Below, piece by piece: positions 39,418 to 48,640 of a DNA stretch of 54,571 nucleotides (its first letter is position 1; the number at the start of each line of letters is the position of its first letter). The DNA is from Trueperaceae bacterium. GTDB lineage: Bacteria; Deinococcota; Deinococci; Deinococcales; Trueperaceae. A model generated the notes under the pieces. The model worked only from the letters and a program-made list of their open reading frames with translations. It was not told the DNA's origin and did not search any database. The translations under genes and the position numbers were made by a program. The stretch covers positions 1 through 54,571 of the forward strand of contig DASSXV010000027.1 in NCBI GenBank assembly GCA_035703635.1, given 5' to 3'.

Positions 39418-40152
39418 TCACTCGAACAAGCTGTCGTCGATGGCTTCGTTGACGACGACCGACTCGAAGAGCGTGTGACTGACCTTGTTCCAGGTGCCGT
39501 CCTCGAGCATGTAGCTTGTCATGTTGGCGCCCGTCAGCATGCTGCTCGTGACGGGAGTGTCGTAGACCATCACCATCTCGCTGCCTTCCGACACCATGTG
39601 CAGGCCAGCCAGCGCGCTCCCTTGAAACACGTACTGGATGGTGGTCGCCGTGTCCGAACCGGGGAATGTCGTGGTGTAGGTGACCTGGTCGCCCTGGAGC
39701 ACGCCGTAGTCGACGGGGCCGTCGAAGGTCGCGGTGTCGCCGTCGCGCAAGGCAACGGAGGTTGGCTCGTCGAAGACGGCCTCGAGCTGTTCGGCCGTTC
39801 CCGGAGGCACCGGCAATGCGAACGGCATGCCTGCCATGGTCATGGTGACCTTGCCGTCTTTCAGCACCATGCGGCTGGAGAGGCCCTCGCCTAGCTCGTT
39901 CTCGACCACCATGCGGCGGTTGTCGTAGTCGATAATGGTGCGGCCGCGCACCTCTTGTGGGTCGGCGCCCGCGACGTAGATGGTGGTCACCGTCGACTGG
40001 TCGACGGAGTGCACCGCTTGGCCGCTTGCGCCAGCAAGGAGCCCGTCGAGCAGCGCCTGGGCGCGGGGGTCGATCTGCGCCGCGGCTAGTGAGAGCACGG
40101 ACGCCATGGCGAGGGTAACGATGCTAACGCGTAGTACGCCTAACTTGATCAT
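39418..40152 (-). CDS. Hypothetical exported beta-rich protein
   Basis: Signal peptide (AAA-Q); TACACT 6 nt upstream of ATG 40152; C-terminal VNEAIDDSLFE recalls LolA-like folds. Confidence 0.65.
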   Translation of the reverse strand: MIKLGVLRVSIVTLAMASVLSLAAAQIDPRAQALLDGLLAGASGQAVHSVDQSTVTTIYVAGADPQEVRGRTIIDYDNRRMVVENELGEGLSSRMVLKDGKVTMTMAGMPFALPVPPGTAEQLEAVFDEPTSVALRDGDTATFDGPVDYGVLQGDQVTYTTTFPGSDTATTIQYVFQGSALAGLHMVSEGSEMVMVYDTPVTSSMLTGANMTSYMLEDGTWNKVSHTLFESVVVNEAIDDSLFE

Positions 40153-40262
40153 GGCCCAAGTGTAGGGGCTGGCGGGGCGGCTCACGTTAGAGCGCCCAAG
40201 CCCAAACTTTAATGTGAGGCGCTTCACTTTTCGCGTGCCGCCTGCGTAAGGAGGTCTCGGAG

Positions 40263-40937
40263 TCACTCGGCCATCAGCAGCTTGAACGCTGCGTCATTAG
40301 ACACGACCCGTGCCACCGTGAAGCTCCCCTCGACCGCCAAGGCGTCGTCTGGGTTGTGCACCACGTCGTAATCGGTCTGGTAACTGAGAGCGCCGCTGAA
40401 CGTGCCGCTAACTGCAAGGGTGACGTCGTCGACTACGGTTACCTCGAGCAGCTCGAAGACGCGTTCCGTGAACGCGTAGTAGTCGTCGTAACTGCTGCCA
40501 CGCGGATAGAACTTGAGTTCGACGTCCGCCTCCTCGAGGAGCTCCAATGTCTCGGGGTCGAGGGCGAACTGAAGCATGAACGAGCCGATGTCGCTGCGTT
40601 CGGGATGGTGGGTGCGCGTGCTGAGGGTTACGTACAGGGTAGGGGGCGTAAGCACCGTGGTACCCAGCTTCATCTCGTCTACATGCATGAAACTGGCCGA
40701 GTGTTGCGTGGTGCCAGCGATGGCTTCGAGGATGGCGCGCACGCGCTCGTCCTCCTCCCCGTCTGCAACGTCTGCCGGCACCTCGGTGGCGTAGGTGTAT
40801 GCGTGGAAGGCGCCTTCCCCGATGATGGCGTCGACGGCGCCCGTCTCGAAGGTAGGGTGCTGGGCGGCCGCTATGCCGACGAGCAGGCAGAGAGCCGTGA
40901 GCACGGCGGTGCCGAGGTTGCGCGACGAAGTGAACAT
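40263..40937 (-). CDS. Hypothetical exported acidic protein
   Basis: Signal peptide (AAA-Q); Asp/Glu-rich; no family recognised. Confidence 0.65.
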   Translation of the reverse strand: MFTSSRNLGTAVLTALCLLVGIAAAQHPTFETGAVDAIIGEGAFHAYTYATEVPADVADGEEDERVRAILEAIAGTTQHSASFMHVDEMKLGTTVLTPPTLYVTLSTRTHHPERSDIGSFMLQFALDPETLELLEEADVELKFYPRGSSYDDYYAFTERVFELLEVTVVDDVTLAVSGTFSGALSYQTDYDVVHNPDDALAVEGSFTVARVVSNDAAFKLLMAE

Positions 40938-41061
40938 GGTGGTGGGCCTTTCTTGCTGGGAAAATTGTTCGCGTGAACTACATGCATTATCGGTCAGTTG
41001 CATGTGTCCGTGCCGCAAGAGTTGTCACTCGGGTTCAGTCTTGCGCCGCTCCAAGTTGCGC

Positions 41062-41901
41062 TTAGGCGTCTCGCAACGTCGGGTCGAGCAAGTCGCGCAG
41101 GCCGTCTCCGAAGAGGTTGAAGCCGAACGACGCCAGCAAGATGGCCGCGCCAGAAAACACCGACACCCACGGCGATAGCAGCATGGTGCCGCGGCTCTCG
41201 GAGAGCATGAGGCCCAACGACGGCGTCGGCGGTTGGGTGCCAAGCCCGAGGAAGCTGAGGGACGCCTCTACGAGGATCGCCGTTGAGAGCGACAGCGTCA
41301 CCTGCACGAGGATGGGCGCCATGACGTTGGGCGCAACGTGCTTGCCGAGGACGCGGCCCGCCCCGCCGCCTAGTGCTCGAGCCGCCGCGACGTAGTCCCA
41401 ACTCAGCACCGTGAGAGCCGGCCCCCGCGCTAGGCGCGCGAAAACCGGGGTGTAGACGAGTCCGATCGCTAACCCCGTGTTGAAGGCGCCTGGCCCGAGC
41501 ACGGCCAGCACCCCGATGGCGAGCAAGATGATCGGGAAGGCGAGCAGTACGTCCATGACGCGCATGATGATGCGGTCGCGCCAGCCGCCCCAGAACGCGG
41601 CGAGCAGTCCGAGCGTCCCGCCGACGATGGTGGCGATGCCAACCGCGCCAAGGCTGACGAGCACGCTGGTGCGGTAGCCGTACAGGATCCTCGAGAGGGT
41701 GTCGCGCCCGAAGTTGTCCGTGCCGAGGAGGTGCTTGACGCTCGGTCCCTGGAAACGCTCGCGGATGGCTTGCGCGAGGGGGTCGTACGGCGCCAGCCAC
41801 GGGCCCGTAAGAGCCGCGAGCACGACGATGGCGGCGATGACGAAGCCGATGAAGCCAACGCGGTTGCGCCACAGGCGGGTGAAGAAGCGCCGCACGCTCA
41901 T
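41062..41901 (-). CDS. ABC transporter permease (DppC-like)
   Basis: LGTDNFGRD, DYVAAARALG, EASLSFLGLG, GDGLRDLLDP. Confidence 0.92.
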   Translation of the reverse strand: MSVRRFFTRLWRNRVGFIGFVIAAIVVLAALTGPWLAPYDPLAQAIRERFQGPSVKHLLGTDNFGRDTLSRILYGYRTSVLVSLGAVGIATIVGGTLGLLAAFWGGWRDRIIMRVMDVLLAFPIILLAIGVLAVLGPGAFNTGLAIGLVYTPVFARLARGPALTVLSWDYVAAARALGGGAGRVLGKHVAPNVMAPILVQVTLSLSTAILVEASLSFLGLGTQPPTPSLGLMLSESRGTMLLSPWVSVFSGAAILLASFGFNLFGDGLRDLLDPTLRDA

Positions 41902-42848
41902 GAGTACTCCACGCGCGGGTCGATCCAGGCGTAAGCGAGGTCGACGAGCAGGTTGACGACGACGAAGACGGCCGTGACGATCAGGACTACCCCCTGCAGG
42001 AGCGGGTAGTTGCGTTCGTTGATGGCGCCGAGCATGAGGCGGCCGATGCCGGGGATGGCGAACACCTGCTCGATGACGACGACCCCTGAGAGGAGGTAGC
42101 CGAGCTGCACGCCAACCACGGTGATGACGGGGATCATGGCGTTACGCAACGCGTGCTTGTAGAAGAGGCCGCGCTCGCCGACGCCCTTGGCGCGAGCGGT
42201 GCGTACGTAATCGGAAGATAGGACCTCGAGGAGGCCGGAGCGCAAGATGCGGGTCAGGCCGGCCACCATCGGCAAGCTCACGGCAACGGTCGGGAGCGCC
42301 ACGCGCGCCAGGTTGCCGAGCGGGTCGGTGGTGAACGGCACGTAGCCGATAGCCGGCCACCACGGCAGGTAGAGGCTGAAGAAATAGAGGAACAGCACGC
42401 CGACCCAGAAGGACGGCAGGGTGAGGCCGATGATGGTGAGGACCCTCACGAGCACGTCCCCGCTAGTGCCTCTCGCCCGCGCGGCGAGGACGCCGAGCGG
42501 GAACGAGAGGACGATAGCGAGGACGAGCGCGAGGAACGTGATCTCGAAGGTGGCGGGCAGCCGCGCGGTTATCTCCTGCAGGACGGGGGTGCCGGTCCAG
42601 ATGCTCGTGCCGAGGTCGCCTCGCAGCGCCGCCTTCAGCCAGTTCCAGTACTGCTCGTACACGGGGAGGTCGAGGCCGATCTGGCGCCGCAACGCCTCCA
42701 CGCGGTCGGGCGTGATGTCGGTGTTGGCGCCAAGCATGATGGCGACGGCGTCACCGGGTATGAACCGCACCATCGCGAACACTAGCAGCGACACTCCGAA
42801 GAGCACGACCACCAGGTCGAGTAGGCGCCTTACGAGGTACTGGAACAA
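41898..42848 (-). CDS. ABC transporter permease (DppB-like)
   Basis: GDLGTS, DYVRTARAKG, EQVFAIPG, IDPRV; TTG start. Confidence 0.92.
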   Translation of the reverse strand: MFQYLVRRLLDLVVVLFGVSLLVFAMVRFIPGDAVAIMLGANTDITPDRVEALRRQIGLDLPVYEQYWNWLKAALRGDLGTSIWTGTPVLQEITARLPATFEITFLALVLAIVLSFPLGVLAARARGTSGDVLVRVLTIIGLTLPSFWVGVLFLYFFSLYLPWWPAIGYVPFTTDPLGNLARVALPTVAVSLPMVAGLTRILRSGLLEVLSSDYVRTARAKGVGERGLFYKHALRNAMIPVITVVGVQLGYLLSGVVVIEQVFAIPGIGRLMLGAINERNYPLLQGVVLIVTAVFVVVNLLVDLAYAWIDPRVEYS

Positions 42849-42859
42849 GGCTCAGGGTT

Positions 42860-44359
42860 TCAGTGCAGTTCGACCTCGCGCAGGTAGCGCAGGCCGCGAG
42901 TCGGGAGTTGCTTGAAGCCCGTGACCTGGTCGGATACGGCGCTGAAGAGCGTGCCGTACGCCACGTGAGCGATGGGGCCGTTGCATGCGAGGCGCTTCTG
43001 CAGGTGGTCGTAGATGTTGACGCGCTCGGTGCGGTCGGTGGTGGTGCGGCCGAGTTGCAGGAGCTCGTCGACGGCGGGGTCGGAGAACTTGTAGACGTTG
43101 GTGGAGCCGCCCGTCACGAAGGTGCGGTAGAGGTAGCCGTCCGGATCGGTGGCGCCGCCGTTGAGGCTCACGAAGGTGTCGAAGTCGGAGTTGCGCCACG
43201 CCTGCACGAACGCGCCGAACTCGGCGACGTTGATGGCGAGGCGGACGCCGACCTCTGCTAGTTGCGCTTGCAGGACCTGGGCCGCGTCCGACACGACCTG
43301 GATGGTGCCGAACGTGAGGAGGCCGGCGTCGAAGCCGTTCGGGTAACCGGCCTTGGCGAGGAGTTCGCGCGCCTTGTCCGGGTTGCTGGCGTAGCAAGGG
43401 AAGTTGGAGACGGGGGTCGCCCACTGGACGAGGCCTGGGCTAAGGGGCCCGCCCTCGACGGCGTTACCGAAGTAGACGGCGTCGATCAGTTCCTCGCGGT
43501 CGATGGCGTAGTTGATGGCCTCGCGCACTAGCGGGTCGTTGAATGGCGCGCGGCTGACGTTGAAGCCGAGCAGGGTGTATGCGAGGTCCTGGACGCCCAT
43601 GAGCGTCACGCCCCGTGCGCCCTTCAGGGTCTCGGCGGTGGCCGGGTCGACGTCGGGGATGATGTGGTACGTGCCGTTGCGCATGCCGGCCGCGCGCGTC
43701 GACGCCTCGGGCACCACGTTGTAGCGCAGCTCGGCGACCTTCGGTTCGCCCGGGCGGTAGTAGTCGGGGTTGGCGACGAGCAGGACGTAGGTGTCAGGGA
43801 CGATCTCTTTGAGCATGAACGGCCCGGTGCCGACGGCGACCTGCTGCAGGCTTCCGCCGTTGGCTTCGACGACCTCTCGCGGGACGACCGTCAAGTTGGT
43901 GAGGTTCGCTAGGAACGGCGCGAACGCCACCTTGAGGGTGAAGGTCACCTCTAGTGGGCCGCTAGCCACGACGGAGTCGACTTCGGTGAAGCGGCTGGCC
44001 TGCGGTGAGCCCGTGTCCGGGTTCATGATGCGGTCGTACGAGTAGACGACGTCGTCCGCCGTCATGAGGCGGCCGTTGTGGAACTTGACGCCGTCACGCA
44101 ACTGGAACACGTAGGTGAGGCCGTCTGGCGAGACGGTCCAGCTCGTCGCGAGGGCGGGGTCGAGGCCGAGGTCCGCGTTGGCCTCCAGCAGGCCGTCGTA
44201 AACCTGGCCGATGACGGCGAAGGAGGAGAAGGCCGTGACGATGTGCGGGTCGAGGCCGACCGGCGCCTGATCGACGGCCAGCTCGACGCGGCCTTGTTGA
44301 GCGAAGGCGATGCCGAGTAGTGCGGCGAACGCGATGAGGAGGAGTTTCGTTCTGCTCAT
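42860..44359 (-). CDS. ABC transporter substrate-binding protein (family 5)
   Basis: Signal peptide (AFA-Q); LATSWTVSPDG, LRDGVKFHNG, GTGPF; GGAAGGA RBS. Confidence 0.92.
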   Translation of the reverse strand: MSRTKLLLIAFAALLGIAFAQQGRVELAVDQAPVGLDPHIVTAFSSFAVIGQVYDGLLEANADLGLDPALATSWTVSPDGLTYVFQLRDGVKFHNGRLMTADDVVYSYDRIMNPDTGSPQASRFTEVDSVVASGPLEVTFTLKVAFAPFLANLTNLTVVPREVVEANGGSLQQVAVGTGPFMLKEIVPDTYVLLVANPDYYRPGEPKVAELRYNVVPEASTRAAGMRNGTYHIIPDVDPATAETLKGARGVTLMGVQDLAYTLLGFNVSRAPFNDPLVREAINYAIDREELIDAVYFGNAVEGGPLSPGLVQWATPVSNFPCYASNPDKARELLAKAGYPNGFDAGLLTFGTIQVVSDAAQVLQAQLAEVGVRLAINVAEFGAFVQAWRNSDFDTFVSLNGGATDPDGYLYRTFVTGGSTNVYKFSDPAVDELLQLGRTTTDRTERVNIYDHLQKRLACNGPIAHVAYGTLFSAVSDQVTGFKQLPTRGLRYLREVELH

Positions 44360-44451
44360 GTGCGAATCCTTCCTTGGGCGCTCGCGGGCTCTCCCCGGAA
44401 GCCTATGACTGCGCCCTGGTGGGGGCGCGCGCCGTTGTAGTTTCTCTGTAC

Positions 44452-44469
44452 CGTACCATTGCTAGACCA
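44452..44469. promoter_or_regulatory. Candidate GntR operator, copy 2
   Basis: CGTACCATTGCTAGACCA; its right part continues CTAGACCAGT, matching the right half of the DasR/NagR dre consensus. Confidence 0.6.
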
Positions 44470-44496
44470 GTAATGCATGGGGTGATAGCCTGCCGC

Positions 44497-45591
44497 ATGC
44501 CAGCAAGCTCGACTGATGACGCGTTCGCACCCGAGGCGCAGGCCGCGGCCCGCGCCGTGGCCGCAGCCACCCCTCTGCTCGAGGCGGCGGTCGCCGCGCG
44601 CGTAACGCCCGGCGCCGTGCTGCAGGTGGCGGGGCCAGCCGGGGCGGGTGCCGTGGTGGCCGTAGGCGCAGAGGGTTACGGGGGTGCCGCCGTGGAGCCG
44701 GGCACCGCGTACGACCTCGCGTCCCTCACCAAGGTCACGGCCTGCCTACCGGCCCTGCTCCACTTGATAGACAACGGCGCCGTGCGCTACAGCGACCGCG
44801 TCGACCGCTTCTTCAGTAACGCAGGCTGGATGCAGGAGCCGTCCCTCGGCGGCGTGACCGTGGCCGACCTCGTCCTCCACCGTTCCGGCCTGGCCGCTTG
44901 GCGTCCGCTCTTCGCTACGGTGCGTGGTCGCGAGATGGTGCTCGCCAACGTGCTGCAGTCGAGTCTGTGCGAAGAGAGGGGCTTGAACGTCTACTCCGAT
45001 CTCGGCGTCATCGTGCTCACGGCCATCATCGAACGCGCGGCAGGCATGCGCCTCGACGACTTCGTGTGCACGCACGTCTACGCGCCGCTTGGCATGAACG
45101 CAACGCGCTTCGGCCCGCTCGGCGAGGGCGCTGGCGTAGCCGCCACCGAGGATGACGGCCTGCGCGGCCTGCTCGTTGGCCGCGTGCACGACGAGAACGC
45201 GGACGCCATGGAGGGCGTCTCCGGTCACGCGGGCCTGTTCGGCACGGCGGCAGACCTCACGAGTTACGGGCAGGCGTGGCTGCGTTTCTCCGGACCGTTC
45301 TCTAGTCCGGAGACCATGCGCTACGCCGTGACCGACTTGTCTGACGGCGAGGGGGTGCGGCGCGGCGTCCTCTGGCGCCTCGCGGCCGAAGGGTGGCCGT
45401 TCGGTGGCGGCTTCACGCCAAGCGCCTTCGGGCACACGGGTTTCACTGGCACGAGCATCGTGATCGACCCCGAGCTGGGTTGCGTCGCGACGCTGCTGAC
45501 TAACCGGGTGCACCCACGGCGCGGGTCGGCGGACGGCATCGTGCGCCTGCGGCGGGCCGTGCACGTAGCGGTCGCGGAAGCCTTCGCGTGA
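44497..45591 (+). CDS. Beta-lactamase-family serine hydrolase (possible AmiE-like muropeptide amidase)
   Basis: DLASLTKV, YSDLG, GRVHDENA, SGHAGLF, FGHTGFTG, LTNRVHP; coupled to anmK. Confidence 0.85.
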   Translation: MPASSTDDAFAPEAQAAARAVAAATPLLEAAVAARVTPGAVLQVAGPAGAGAVVAVGAEGYGGAAVEPGTAYDLASLTKVTACLPALLHLIDNGAVRYSDRVDRFFSNAGWMQEPSLGGVTVADLVLHRSGLAAWRPLFATVRGREMVLANVLQSSLCEERGLNVYSDLGVIVLTAIIERAAGMRLDDFVCTHVYAPLGMNATRFGPLGEGAGVAATEDDGLRGLLVGRVHDENADAMEGVSGHAGLFGTAADLTSYGQAWLRFSGPFSSPETMRYAVTDLSDGEGVRRGVLWRLAAEGWPFGGGFTPSAFGHTGFTGTSIVIDPELGCVATLLTNRVHPRRGSADGIVRLRRAVHVAVAEAFA

Positions 45592-46751
45592 GCGGCCTCC
45601 ACGACCTGCCGGCCGCGACGGTGCTTGGCCTCATGTCTGGCACCTCGCTTGACGGGGTAGACACGGTCACCGTCCGCCTCGAGCGCGTTGCGGGCCGCTT
45701 CGCCTGGCGCGTGCTCGGGCGCTCGGTTCACGACTATCCAGCCGAACTCTCGAGGCGCCTGCACCTCGCGCTCAAGCCGGCTACCTCTGACGTCCTTCTC
45801 CTTACGGAGTTGCACCAGGAGGTCGGGCAGTTCTACGCCGAGGTGGTGGCCGCGGCGCAGGCCGAGCACGCTCTCGACCTCGTTGCCTTGTCCGGGCAGA
45901 CCGTCTATCACATTCCCCGTGCAGACGAAGCGCGCGGCTGGCGCGTCAAGAGCACCTTGCAGTTGGGTGAGGCCACCGTCGTCACCGAGCGCTGCAAGGT
46001 GGCGACCGTCTCCGACTTCCGCCAGTCCGACCTAGCTGCCGGTGGCCAAGGCGCGCCGCTCGTTAGCTTCCCGGACTCGCAGCTCTATGCCGCGCCAGGT
46101 GTGGCGCGCGTGGTGGTCAACCTCGGCGGCATCGCGAACGTGACCTACCTGCCAGCCAACGGCGACCCGAACGGCGTTATCGCCTTCGACACCGGGCCGA
46201 GCAACTGCCTGATGGACGAGGCCATGACGAGGTTCGCCGGGCGGCCATACGACGCTGGCGGCCAGGTGGCGCTCTCGGGCGTCGTCGACGAGGGGGCCCT
46301 TGGGCTTCTACTTGCAGAACCGTACCTGCAGCTCTCGCCACCCAAGACGACTGGGCGCGAGCTCTTCTACCTCGACGCCGCGCTCGAGCGCGGTTGGTCC
46401 GGAGCGGCGCCCGCGCTGCCGACCCTCATGGCGACCCTCGCCGCGTACAGCGTGCGGAGCCTCGTGGCGGCGGTGGAGGCGGAACTGCGGCCACTCGGCA
46501 TAGATGAGGTGCTCGTGGCTGGCGGCGGCGCGCGCAACCCCGCCCTGTTGGGGGGACTGGCGCGGGAGCTAGGTGTTCCGGTGCGTTCCTTCGCGGAACT
46601 CGGGTATGACGACAAGGATCGCGAGACCCTCGCGATGGCCGTCATGGGCTACCTGGCGGTGCATGGCGAACCTAATGTTTTGCCGTCTGCGACGGGCGCG
46701 CGGTGGCCGGTGGTGGCTGGCAAGGTGGCTCGGCCGTGGAGCGGGCGCTAG
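45588..46751 (+). CDS. anmK: Anhydro-N-acetylmuramic acid kinase
   Basis: GLMSGTSLDGVD, GQTVYH, GGQGAPLV, NLGGIAN, DTGPSN, PPKTTGRE, GGGARN. Confidence 0.94.
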   Translation: MSGLHDLPAATVLGLMSGTSLDGVDTVTVRLERVAGRFAWRVLGRSVHDYPAELSRRLHLALKPATSDVLLLTELHQEVGQFYAEVVAAAQAEHALDLVALSGQTVYHIPRADEARGWRVKSTLQLGEATVVTERCKVATVSDFRQSDLAAGGQGAPLVSFPDSQLYAAPGVARVVVNLGGIANVTYLPANGDPNGVIAFDTGPSNCLMDEAMTRFAGRPYDAGGQVALSGVVDEGALGLLLAEPYLQLSPPKTTGRELFYLDAALERGWSGAAPALPTLMATLAAYSVRSLVAAVEAELRPLGIDEVLVAGGGARNPALLGGLARELGVPVRSFAELGYDDKDRETLAMAVMGYLAVHGEPNVLPSATGARWPVVAGKVARPWSGR

Positions 46752-47000
46752 CGCGCCGGTCCAATCGTTGTACCAGGTCAAACAAGTACGACGGTAACTG
46801 TCGCAAGGGCATGTGAGTATGTCTCCAACCGCGCGGATGAGTCAGTGTTCGGGGGAACCGACGAGACCGCGCGGCTCTTTCTTTCAGGGCTCCACCATGG
46901 TCTCAACCACCGAAGACAACCGCTGACGGTCGTTGGCGGCTACCCTAGGGCAGGCGGCGGCGCTTGTCAGTGCGCCAGGGGCGCCGGTTTGAGAGATGAC

Positions 47001-48638
47001 ATGAGCGATAGCGGCCAGCACACACTGTTCGTAACCATCCGCCCGACGGCGGAAGTGACCATCAAGGCGCGCACGACCCGCGCTACTTTCATGCGCAAGC
47101 TGCGGCTCGCCGCCAAGGACGCCCTGCAGCGCTCCGGTTTCGAGGCGCGCGTGTTCGTGCGCGGCAACCGCGTGATGGCGCAGATCGGCGCGGGCCCCGC
47201 CGCCGGCGGGGCGGACGGCGTACCGGACCAGGACCTCGCCACGCGGACGCTCGCGCGCGTGTTCGGCATCGGCACCTTCTCGTTCGTCGAGGACGAGACC
47301 GCGCCTGACCTCGAGTCCATGGTGGCGCTTGGCCGCGAGCTCTACGCTGACCGCGTGCAGGGGAAGACCTACGCCGTGCGCTGCAAGCGCATGGGGCGCC
47401 ACGGCTTCAGCTCGATGGACGTCGAGCGCAAGCTGGGCGCCGCCCTCAACCCCGGCGCCAAGGTCGACCTCAAGCACCCTGAGGTCACCGTGGAGATCGA
47501 GGTTGACGAGCGCCGCGCCCTCTTCCTTAGCCAACGCCACAAGGGTGCGGGCGGCCTACCCCTTGGCACCGCAGGACACGCCCTTGCGCTCCTCTCCGGC
47601 GGCTTCGACTCGATCGTGGCGGCGTGGTCGCTCATGCGCCGCGGCGTGGAGGTCGACTTCGTGCACTTCCGGCTGGGCGACCTCGAATCGGAGCGGCTGG
47701 CGTTGCGCGTCGCCAAGCTCCTGTCGGACACCTGGGGCGCCGGTTCGCGGCCCGAAGCTCACGTCATAGACCTCAGACCGGCGATGGGCGAGCTACGCGG
47801 CAACCTCGAGTCGAACTTGTGGCAGGTCGGCCTGAAGCGCCTGATGGTGAAGGCGGCCGACGCCGTGGCGGACGCCCTCGAGGAGTACGCGGTCACGGGC
47901 CCTGGTCCTGGCGAGGGCGCCCCTCGCGAACGCGGCAGGCGCGTGTCACGGCGGCGCGTCGACGCGCTCGTGACCGGCGAGGCCATCGGTCAAGTGTCGT
48001 CGCAGACGCTCTCGAACCTGCGCGCCATCGACGCTGCCGCGCGGCGACCGGTGCTGCGGCCTCTCGTGGCGTACGACAAGTCGGAGATCATCGCGTTAGC
48101 CGAGCGCATCGGTACCGCCGAACTCTCTGCGAAGGCCGTCGAGGAGTGCAACATCACGCCCGTGCGCCCAGCGACTTCGAGCCGCGCTGCGCACCTCGAG
48201 CGGCAAGAGCAGGGCATGGACGACGCCGCGCTGGCCGCCGCCATCGCGCCGGTGGCGCTAGGCGTGTCTCGGATACCGCTGCGCGCCATGCGGGAGGGTG
48301 AAGGCGTGCTCGTTGCCCCAGCGGCTGGCGCGGGCGACGGCCTCAGGGTGAACGCGCTGCCAGCCGGCGCCGTGCTCCTCGACTGCCGCGACGCCGCCAT
48401 GCGCACGTGGGCACCGGACTGGCCGGAGGTCATGGCGCCACCATCTGACCTGGGGAACGTTGGGGCGCTGGACGCCGAGAGGGTTTACGTGGCGTTCTGT
48501 CCGTTCGGGCAGCGCAGCAGCTACGTGGCGGAGCGCCTGCGTGAGGCGGGGCTGCGCGCTTTCAGCTTCGTTGGCGGTGAGGGTGGCCTGCGGCAGTACC
48601 TGGCCGCGACCGACCGCGGTGAGGCCGCGCCGGCGTAG
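47001..48638 (+). CDS. thiI: tRNA 4-thiouridine sulfurtransferase with C-terminal rhodanese domain
   Basis: THUMP domain, GGLPLGT, PP-loop SGGFDS, TGEAIGQVSSQT, LRPL, rhodanese FCPFGQRS. Confidence 0.9.
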   Translation: MSDSGQHTLFVTIRPTAEVTIKARTTRATFMRKLRLAAKDALQRSGFEARVFVRGNRVMAQIGAGPAAGGADGVPDQDLATRTLARVFGIGTFSFVEDETAPDLESMVALGRELYADRVQGKTYAVRCKRMGRHGFSSMDVERKLGAALNPGAKVDLKHPEVTVEIEVDERRALFLSQRHKGAGGLPLGTAGHALALLSGGFDSIVAAWSLMRRGVEVDFVHFRLGDLESERLALRVAKLLSDTWGAGSRPEAHVIDLRPAMGELRGNLESNLWQVGLKRLMVKAADAVADALEEYAVTGPGPGEGAPRERGRRVSRRRVDALVTGEAIGQVSSQTLSNLRAIDAAARRPVLRPLVAYDKSEIIALAERIGTAELSAKAVEECNITPVRPATSSRAAHLERQEQGMDDAALAAAIAPVALGVSRIPLRAMREGEGVLVAPAAGAGDGLRVNALPAGAVLLDCRDAAMRTWAPDWPEVMAPPSDLGNVGALDAERVYVAFCPFGQRSSYVAERLREAGLRAFSFVGGEGGLRQYLAATDRGEAAPA

Positions 48639-48640
48639 CC

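Noticed and set aside
40965-40980. TGTTCGCGTGAAC as a second parS or SOS box
   Set aside because: Too many mismatches and wrong length for parS; the dyad is inverted relative to the Gram-positive GAAC-N4-GTTC box.
46757-46780. Possible further copy of the GntR motif after anmK (GGTCCAATCGTTGTACCA)
   Set aside because: Only the terminal ACCA and a few other bases match; not distinguishable from chance.
46821-46874. Hammerhead-ribozyme-like pattern (CGGATGA-stem-GAGAC)
   Set aside because: Two near-invariant core positions differ from CUGAUGA and GAAA, and stems I and III cannot form convincingly.
46845-47000. 52-aa upstream extension of ThiI, and a 35-codon ORF starting near 46819
   Set aside because: No ThiI-like content and no support for translation; ATG 47001 matches the domain start.
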